A DNA stretch of 64,000 nucleotides, taken from the NCBI GenBank assembly GCA_965140445.1, contig OZ223236.1, positions 4,928,001-4,992,000 of the forward strand, given 5' to 3'. A program made the position numbers and the translations under genes. Positions within the stretch are counted from its first letter, which is position 1. Each line of letters begins with the position of its first letter. The notes under the pieces are model-generated. The model saw only the letters and a program-made list of their open reading frames with translations, ran no database searches and was not told the origin of the DNA. This DNA is from Candidatus Ozemobacteraceae bacterium. GTDB lineage: Bacteria; Muiribacteriota; Ozemobacteria; Ozemobacterales; Ozemobacteraceae. Below, in pieces: positions 58,601-64,000 of the stretch.

Positions 58601-58796
58601 TACACTTCTAGGGCTTTTGCCGCTCCTTCTTTCAACGAGTGCAGGGTCAGAAATTCAACGACCTTTGGCTGCAACCGTTGTTTTTGGACTAGCGAGTTCA
58701 ACACTTCTTACACTTTATGTTATACCTTCGGTATATAAATTAGTTGAAGAAAAGTTTTTGGCTTCGGATTCTAAAAATTCCTCTGAAAATAGCTAA
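55674..58796 (+). CDS. czcA: CusA/CzcA family heavy-metal efflux RND transporter
   Basis: PIDAFPDI, GPISTGLG, ANLMSLGGIAIGLGMLVDGS, GFIALFGIA, QRPLA. Confidence 0.93.
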   Translation: MINRIIKLSVRWKEISLFLLFALLCWGINSYQNMPIDAFPDISPVMVPIFAEADGMAPEEVERLITYPIETKMNGLPGVERVKSTSAFGMAVIYVYFSENTDIYFARQLVNERLNSSLADLPEMKDPPKLGPISTGLGQIFIYYLTADDSIDTGGKDKLTYLRDLNDWVIKFQLQTIPGVTDILSVGGHILQYQINVDPYALQKYKLSLENIEEAVHKNNSNTGGQYLTIGSEEHLIRGIGLLNNLEEIRQIPLKMENGIPIKIEDVAQVQFGKGIRRGVVSRNGEEEVVSGLVLKLFGENTSAVIQRLYKKIPEIQKGLPKGVKIVPYYEQAHLVNQATWTVKKSLLQGAVLVVIVLMVLLGSLRASLIVAMALPFCACTAFIGMRIFGISANLMSLGGIAIGLGMLVDGSIVVVENVVRHLTKKDPQKRSTEKIVVESAKEVGKPITFAILIVVAVFLPILSLEGTEGKMFSPMAYTICFALLGSILAALSLAPALSFLFLKNEVEKETAFFKFLKPYYLKSLKGTLKKPIMTVMVAVIATAFSFIAIWNMGTEFIPTLEEGSIMIGATMAPSISLDEAVKTIQSIEKKLIKIKDVHEVISRIGRPEAGSHPHPVNYAEIHIELKPPSEWSEYSSKDQIQERVRDELKTVTGLTTNFTQPIQNAFDELLSGTKAQIAINVYGENLNTLKTKAEEILHATQGVKGFTDVAAEQSFGQPQIKIVANRDACARYGIEISEILELVETAIGGRVIDQLYLNTRRYDIYLRYKQIDRSDVNSLKQLIVHSDNGKIVSLEQVADIQMVEGPIQINRQNSQRRWVVHGNIKGRALSEVVEDIRQAISLKVKLPTGYFVEFGGQFENQQRAMGKLKIIIPVVIGVIFLLLWLTFNSLRHASIVILNVPMALIGGVTGLIITGQYLSVPASVGFIALFGIAMQDAVVLITDFNDYRKMGFDLHSAIVDGAMIRFRAVLMTTLTTLLGLLPLLLSTSAGSEIQRPLAATVVFGLASSTLLTLYVIPSVYKLVEEKFLASDSKNSSENS

Positions 58797-58810
58797 ATGG
58801 AGAAAACAAA

Positions 58811-59617
58811 ATGATTACTGGAAATCCCAGAAACATAAAAATTAATGCTGATAAATGCCTGAAAGATGGGTTATGTATTGCCGCATGCCCCGCTAAGATT
58901 ATGACTCCATCAAACTCAGGAGTTCCTGATATAAACTCAAAAATAGCATCAGGATGCATAAATTGTGGCCACTGCGTGGCAATTTGCCCTTCCAGCGCTA
59001 TCAGCGTTGAGAATATATCAGGAGAAGCCTGCGAAGCTTTACCCAAAGAAATTGCAAGTTTTGAAAGTCTGAATGGCTTAATAAAAACCAGACGTTCTAT
59101 AAGAAATTTTAAGGACGAACTGGTTGATTCAGAGCTTTTAAAGGAAATTATTTCGGCGACAAAATATGCTCCAACCGCAAAAAACTCTCAGATGCTCAGC
59201 TGGATACTTATTAATGGCAAAGAACGAGTCAGACAACTATCTGAAAAGGTTATTGACGCATTTAGAAAAGACCCGAATATGGCTTCTATTATCAAGGCAT
59301 TTGAGAATGGTTATGATGTTGTCCACAGAGGAGCTCCTCATGTTGCTGTAGTCTTGACACCCAAAGCTTATAATTGGGCAGCTCTGGATGGGGCAATTGC
59401 GATTTCTTATCTGGACTTGCTGGCAACAACTAAAGGAATTGGAACTTGCTGGGCTGGCTTCACAACTTATGGCTCAGTTCTTTCTCCTGAAGTCGCCAAA
59501 AGTATTGGAGTGCCAGAAACTCATAAAATCGCAGGGGCTATGATGCTTGGACATCCCAAATTAAAATACAAAAAAATACCAAACCGCAACGAAACAAACC
59601 TAACTGTGGTATCATAA
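58811..59617 (+). CDS. Nitroreductase family protein with N-terminal 2x[4Fe-4S] ferredoxin domain
   Basis: CLKDGLCIAACP, CINCGHCVAICP, RRSIRNF, APTAKNSQ, GIGTCWAG. Confidence 0.92.
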   Translation: MITGNPRNIKINADKCLKDGLCIAACPAKIMTPSNSGVPDINSKIASGCINCGHCVAICPSSAISVENISGEACEALPKEIASFESLNGLIKTRRSIRNFKDELVDSELLKEIISATKYAPTAKNSQMLSWILINGKERVRQLSEKVIDAFRKDPNMASIIKAFENGYDVVHRGAPHVAVVLTPKAYNWAALDGAIAISYLDLLATTKGIGTCWAGFTTYGSVLSPEVAKSIGVPETHKIAGAMMLGHPKLKYKKIPNRNETNLTVVS

Positions 59618-59627
59618 TATCGAACTT

Positions 59628-59657
59628 GAATTCTACTGGAATCTTCCAGTAGAATTC
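59628..59657. repeat. 14-bp perfect inverted repeat without T-tract
   Basis: GAATTCTACTGGAA-TC-TTCCAGTAGAATTC. Confidence 0.8.
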
Positions 59658-59676
59658 CTCTCTTTGGAGGCCCTTG

Positions 59677-60441
59677 GTGGATAAAAATTTCGATGAGTTA
59701 GCAGATAGATTTAAGAGCAAAGTTTATAAAGCAGGAAAAGGCGAAATACGCCAGGCTGTTCTTCAATACGATATTCTGAGAAGTTTTCCTGAAATAGAAC
59801 AACCACATGAGCTCAAAATTCTTGATGCTGGCGGAGGAATGGGGCAAATTTCAAGATGGCTAGCTGCTAAGGGTCACAAAATTATGCTTTGTGATTTATC
59901 TGGAGAAATGCTGGAAATTGCCAGGGAAGAAAACAAACTAGCGGGGCTTGAGGACCGCATAGAACTTGTTCAATCACCACTACAGAAACTTCCAAGAATG
60001 TTCAAACCAGAAACTTTCGATTTAATTCTTCTTCATGGCGTAATAGAGTGGATGGAAAAGCCTCTGAATGCTATTCAAGTGCTATATCCTCTGTTAAAAA
60101 GAGATGGTGGCATGTCACTTCTCTATTTTAACCGTGAAAAACTCATTTTAAAATGGGGCATTAATGGGCAATACAAAAAAGCATTAGATGGAAAATCCGA
60201 AGATTTAAGACCGCTAACTCCCACCAATCCATTATCAGAGCATGAAGTTTTGCCGCTTTTGCGAAAACTTGGCTTCAAAAGCCTTTCAAAAGCTGGGATT
60301 AGAATATTTTTTGACTTTTTCAAAAATGAAGCACCTAAAAACCCAGATATAGAAAAATCAATAGAGCTGGAAAAAAATTATTGCCACATTGAGCCATTTG
60401 CCTCGCTAGGTGAACACACTCACGTAGCCTGCAGGCGATAG
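59677..60441 (+). CDS. Class I SAM methyltransferase, SmtA/CmoM-like
   Basis: DKNFDELADRF..KGEIRQAVL, ILDAGGGMG, CDLSGEML, HGVIEW, GIRIFFD, EPFASLG; GTG behind GGAGG. Confidence 0.85.
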   Translation: MDKNFDELADRFKSKVYKAGKGEIRQAVLQYDILRSFPEIEQPHELKILDAGGGMGQISRWLAAKGHKIMLCDLSGEMLEIAREENKLAGLEDRIELVQSPLQKLPRMFKPETFDLILLHGVIEWMEKPLNAIQVLYPLLKRDGGMSLLYFNREKLILKWGINGQYKKALDGKSEDLRPLTPTNPLSEHEVLPLLRKLGFKSLSKAGIRIFFDFFKNEAPKNPDIEKSIELEKNYCHIEPFASLGEHTHVACRR

Positions 60442-60465
60442 CACCTCCCTTTTCACATAAAATCG

Positions 60466-60494
60466 TTGACTTTTTATCGCAATCGAATTAATCT
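60466..60494 (+). promoter_or_regulatory. Sigma70 promoter of tetR-efflux operon
   Basis: TTGACT-17 bp-TAATCT. Confidence 0.65.
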
Positions 60495-60534
60495 GACTGA
60501 CCAGTCAGTCTAATAAATGACTGACTGGTCAGTT
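60495..60534. promoter_or_regulatory. Two tandem palindromic TetR-type operators
   Basis: GACTGAC-CA-GTCAGTC (60495-60510) and GACTGAC-TG-GTCAGTT (60519-60534), directly downstream of the -10. Confidence 0.8.
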
Positions 60535-60556
60535 TTATTTTTCACGGGGAGCCTTC

Positions 60557-61135
60557 TTGAGCAAACAAATTCTGGATAAAAAAAGCAAAATTCTTCAAGC
60601 AGCCACAAAGCTGTTCTCAAACTTAAATTTTCATGATATTACCCTGGACCAGATAGCTGGAGAAGCAGAAGTCGGCAAAGGTACCATTTACAATTACTTT
60701 AAAAATAAAAATGAACTCTTTTGCCAATGTATATTGCATGACTTCGAAATATTTGAAGCAAAAAGCCTAAAAATAATTGAGTCAGAATCCAAATTTGAAC
60801 AAAAACTACTTGGGTTAGCAGAATTGCAAAGCGAAGCCTTTGAAAAAAAAGGACCGCTTATTCAGAAATTATTTCAAATGGGCCCCAAATTTGAAATGAC
60901 CAGCGATGAATTTTCTAACTTTTTTTCATTTCTGGAAAAAGAGATTAACAGAAACTCCATCCTTTTTGAGCAAGGGATAAATGAAGGAGTTCTTTCAGAT
61001 GAATTCACCCCAATTCAGATGGCAATAATGTTTCATAAAGCCTTTGACATAAATATTTTATTTAAAACCTTTGGGCAGAAAAAGGTTGTTGGGCGAGAAG
61101 TTGCACATTATTTCATGAAAATGCTGAAAAAGTAG
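60557..61135 (+). CDS. TetR/AcrR family transcriptional regulator
   Basis: ILQAATKLF..ITLDQIAGEAEVGKGTIYNYFKNKNELF. Confidence 0.95.
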   Translation: MSKQILDKKSKILQAATKLFSNLNFHDITLDQIAGEAEVGKGTIYNYFKNKNELFCQCILHDFEIFEAKSLKIIESESKFEQKLLGLAELQSEAFEKKGPLIQKLFQMGPKFEMTSDEFSNFFSFLEKEINRNSILFEQGINEGVLSDEFTPIQMAIMFHKAFDINILFKTFGQKKVVGREVAHYFMKMLKK

Positions 61136-61145
61136 AGATCAATCA

Positions 61146-62543
61146 ATGAAAAAGCCTAATACCAAAATAACAAGCCTGTTTCTTTGCCTTTTAGCTATTT
61201 TTGCATGCACTACTGGATATGGAGAAGTTATATTTCAAGCACTGGACAAAAACCTTAAACCACTTGAAACAGCTTCCTTAAGCTATGACCTGTCAGATTT
61301 TTCAATGCAGGATGCTATTAATATTGCCTTGAAACAAAACAGATCAATTATTTCATCAAGAGAAGATGTTCGAAAAGCTAATGGACAAGTTAAACAAGCC
61401 AGATCAATAGCGGGCACGAAGGTGTCAGGGAATTTCTTACAAACACGGCTTGATGATGTTGCAACAGCTAATTTAGGCGGACAAACTCTTGAGTTAGGAA
61501 AAAAGGATGTGCAGAAAGCATATCTTGAGTTGTCTCAACCGCTATTTCTGGGAACAAGAGATCAAGCTGCAATAAAAACAGCTAGATTAGGTCGGTCGAT
61601 AAGCAATTCTGCGTTTATTTTTACTCAACAACAAACCATAGCTAATACAATCCTTCTTTATCTTGGATGGGTTTATGCCAAAGAAGTTGAACGGGTTTCG
61701 GAAAAAGACCTTGAACTTGCTCAAGCTCACTTTTCACTCGTCGAGAAAAGATACAACAATAAACTAGCCTCTAAATATGAACTTCTTCGCGCAGAAGTCA
61801 GGCTAACTCAAACTAAAAGTAAACTTGCACAGGACAAAAACAATACTCTTCTCAACTGTTCTGAGCTTTTAACATTACTGGGCCTACCTATTAACCAACA
61901 ATTAGAAACCAATTATCGCCTGGAAATTGAAAAAATCGACTTAGCAAACGAAATAGGCTCAGAAGCATTTCAACTAAAAGAAGATCTAAAAGTAAAAAAA
62001 CTGCAGGCTGAAATTGCCAAACAAAGCGTGAAATCGGCTCGAGGTGAGAAGCATCCAACAGTGAATTTATTTGGACAGTTTGGATCAGAAAATCCTTCAT
62101 CAAAATCCGGCTTTGGACAACTTGAAAGAAAAAGTTATTGGAATGCAGGAGTAGCAATTAATTTTAAACTTATTGATGCAGGCAACACCCGAGGAAAAAT
62201 TATGGAATCCAAAGCTGCATTGAATAAAGCGAAAAATGAGTATGAACAAGCTATTGAGCAGACAAAGCTCGAAATCCATCAGGCAATTTTAAATTTGAAA
62301 ACCGCCCAGGAAATAGTTTCCTCACAAAAAGAAAATCTCAAACAAGCTGAAGAAACCATGCGGTTGGCGAAAGTTCGTTATGAAAACGGAATGTTTACGC
62401 AAGTTGAAATGTTTGACGCAGAAAATGCATATCTAAATGCAAATCTGGCTTACCTGCAAGCTGTATTTATGCATCATCAGGCGCGCATTTCATACCTTCT
62501 TTCAACAGGTAAACTGGGACGAGAATTTAACCTCGGAATCTAA
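61146..62543 (+). CDS. TolC family outer membrane factor
   Basis: OEP repeats RYNNKLASKYELLRAEV, RYENGMFTQVEMFDAE. Confidence 0.9.
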   Translation: MKKPNTKITSLFLCLLAIFACTTGYGEVIFQALDKNLKPLETASLSYDLSDFSMQDAINIALKQNRSIISSREDVRKANGQVKQARSIAGTKVSGNFLQTRLDDVATANLGGQTLELGKKDVQKAYLELSQPLFLGTRDQAAIKTARLGRSISNSAFIFTQQQTIANTILLYLGWVYAKEVERVSEKDLELAQAHFSLVEKRYNNKLASKYELLRAEVRLTQTKSKLAQDKNNTLLNCSELLTLLGLPINQQLETNYRLEIEKIDLANEIGSEAFQLKEDLKVKKLQAEIAKQSVKSARGEKHPTVNLFGQFGSENPSSKSGFGQLERKSYWNAGVAINFKLIDAGNTRGKIMESKAALNKAKNEYEQAIEQTKLEIHQAILNLKTAQEIVSSQKENLKQAEETMRLAKVRYENGMFTQVEMFDAENAYLNANLAYLQAVFMHHQARISYLLSTGKLGREFNLGI

Positions 62544-62553
62544 GGATAATAAA

Positions 62554-63804
62554 ATGAAGAAATTTTCATCAATATTAAATATCGCATTCTTTTTTACATT
62601 ACTCTTTTCCACGGCAATACATGCCCAGAACAATATTTCCGCGGGAACACCAGTCGTTGCACAAAGGGTTACAACCGGCAAAATTAGTTCACAGATTCTA
62701 ACTTCTGGAGATGTTTTACCTATGCAGGGAGTAGACCTTCACCCTGAAACCTCCGGATTAATTATAGATATAAAAGTAAGCGAAGGCTCAAAAGTAAAAA
62801 AGGGAGATACTCTGGCAATCATCGATCATGCGGTACAGCAAGCTGGTTATATTCAAGCTGAAGCGGCAGTAGAAGTTGCTAAAGCTGGCGTTGAAATGGA
62901 AAAAGTAATGATCCAGTCTTCCTTATCGAGACTCACTTCTGCAAAAGCGCAGAAAGCTTCCATCGTCGCGCAAATGAAGAATCTGCGAACAACAAAGGAA
63001 CGAATGGAGCAATTGTTTAAAGAAGGAGCTATTTCGAGACAACAGCTTGACGATGTAATCGCTAATCATGATGCGACTGAAGCTCAGCTTGTTGCGGCAG
63101 AGGCTGCAATACAGCAGGCGAATGACGCGGTCCTTTCCTCGAAAATGACAAAAAAAATGAAAGAAGCCCAACTGATTCAAGCTTCTGCCAACCTAAATTC
63201 TGCAAAAGTAATTCTTGAAAACGCATATATCATTGCGCCATTTGATGGAATAATCACACGAAGAGATGCCGACCCCGGCGCAATGGCTAATCCAGCAAAA
63301 CCGATTTTACGCCTGGAGCAAATGAATCCTGTCAAAATACTCGGTTCTCTAATTGAAAAAGATCTGCACATGATTAACCCGGAGAAAACCGTTGCCATTG
63401 TTTCTCTAGACACAATAGAAAAGGACTTCAAAAGTAAAGTTAAGAAAATTTATCCATCAATAAACAGCGTTTCCAGAACTGGAAAGCTTGAAATACAATT
63501 AGACAACCCTGATCTTCAACTGCGCTCAGGCATGTTTGCGCACATAAAACTTCTCATTGAAACAAAAAGCAACGTTGTTATTGTTCCCAGAGATTCATTG
63601 ATGAGCTACAAATCAAACTTATACGCTTTTAAAGTAGAAAACGGAAAAGCCAGAAAAGTCATGGTTAAAACCGGGCTTGTTCAAGGTTCGATTATCGAAA
63701 TAACCGCTGGTCTAAAAGCTGGTGACATAATAATAAGCGAAGGACTGGAGTTTATTAGAGAAGGAAGCCAGGTAAAAGTAATTCTGGAGGAAGACGGAAA
63801 ATGA
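62554..63804 (+). CDS. RND efflux periplasmic adaptor
   Basis: Signal; VSEGSKVKKGD; IIAPFDGII; LRSGMFA; start behind TAAGGA. Confidence 0.9.
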   Translation: MKKFSSILNIAFFFTLLFSTAIHAQNNISAGTPVVAQRVTTGKISSQILTSGDVLPMQGVDLHPETSGLIIDIKVSEGSKVKKGDTLAIIDHAVQQAGYIQAEAAVEVAKAGVEMEKVMIQSSLSRLTSAKAQKASIVAQMKNLRTTKERMEQLFKEGAISRQQLDDVIANHDATEAQLVAAEAAIQQANDAVLSSKMTKKMKEAQLIQASANLNSAKVILENAYIIAPFDGIITRRDADPGAMANPAKPILRLEQMNPVKILGSLIEKDLHMINPEKTVAIVSLDTIEKDFKSKVKKIYPSINSVSRTGKLEIQLDNPDLQLRSGMFAHIKLLIETKSNVVIVPRDSLMSYKSNLYAFKVENGKARKVMVKTGLVQGSIIEITAGLKAGDIIISEGLEFIREGSQVKVILEEDGK

Positions 63805-64000
63805 AGCTTTCAGAATTCGGAGTTAAATGGCCGGTAACCACGACAATGATCTTTTTGGCCATTGTAATTGTCGGGGCTTTTGCATATACCCAGGTTGGGA
63901 TAGATCTGATGCCGGACTTTGAAGTTCCGGCCATAACTATCATCACTACATATGATGGAGCAGGCCCGCAGGAAGTCGAGTCCCGTATAACCGAAAGAAT
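63801..64000 (+). CDS. AcrB/AcrD/AcrF-family RND permease (3'-truncated; absent from ORF track)
   Basis: MKLSEFGVKWPVTTTMIFLAIVIVG..GIDLMPDFEVPAITIITTYDGAGPQEVESRIT; ATGA overlap with adaptor stop; SD GGAGG. Confidence 0.9.
   Translation, partial: MKLSEFGVKWPVTTTMIFLAIVIVGAFAYTQVGIDLMPDFEVPAITIITTYDGAGPQEVESRITER

Noticed and set aside
401..63946. Numerous 60-190 aa antisense or alternate-frame ORFs in the ORF track
   Set aside because: They are nested in well-supported genes and have no recognisable motifs; treated as shadow ORFs.

Overview
An AT-rich, densely coding bacterial chromosomal window. It comes from an anaerobic diderm: it has PFOR, three TolC genes and a beta-barrel OMP, yet a Firmicutes-like hit-rpsU-nfeD-floA gene order. 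Candidatus Riflebacteria is my unverified guess. Contents, in order: a 5'-truncated Tim44/Zn-ribbon/TerB gene; seven CCA-less tRNAs; a surface-polysaccharide operon (wecC, B12 radical SAM, asnB, bi-domain oxidoreductase, heparinase II/III, GT4); a substrate-binding-domain-TolC fusion; tex and yihY; a minus-strand group with sigma28-like promoters (unannotated 39-aa membrane peptide, MerR-HTH, comB, STAS-like-HDOD, NlpC/P60-like secreted protein); a MacAB-TolC-type exporter; an OMP; a 4xGAF HD-GYP protein; a membrane-anchored CBM48 protein; pcrA; pfkB; a GNAT; a hybrid kinase; nifJ; the floA/nfeD/rpsU/hit cluster; aphA; a czc-like heavy-metal RND system; a nitroreductase; a cmoM-like methyltransferase; and a TetR-regulated TolC-MFP-RND operon cut by the window end. 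No CRISPR array, transposase or integrase gene was seen. The most unusual element is a free-standing intein-derived (Hint-fold) gene with its splicing residues replaced. It overlaps the start of an intein-free pcrA and may be a domesticated intein.
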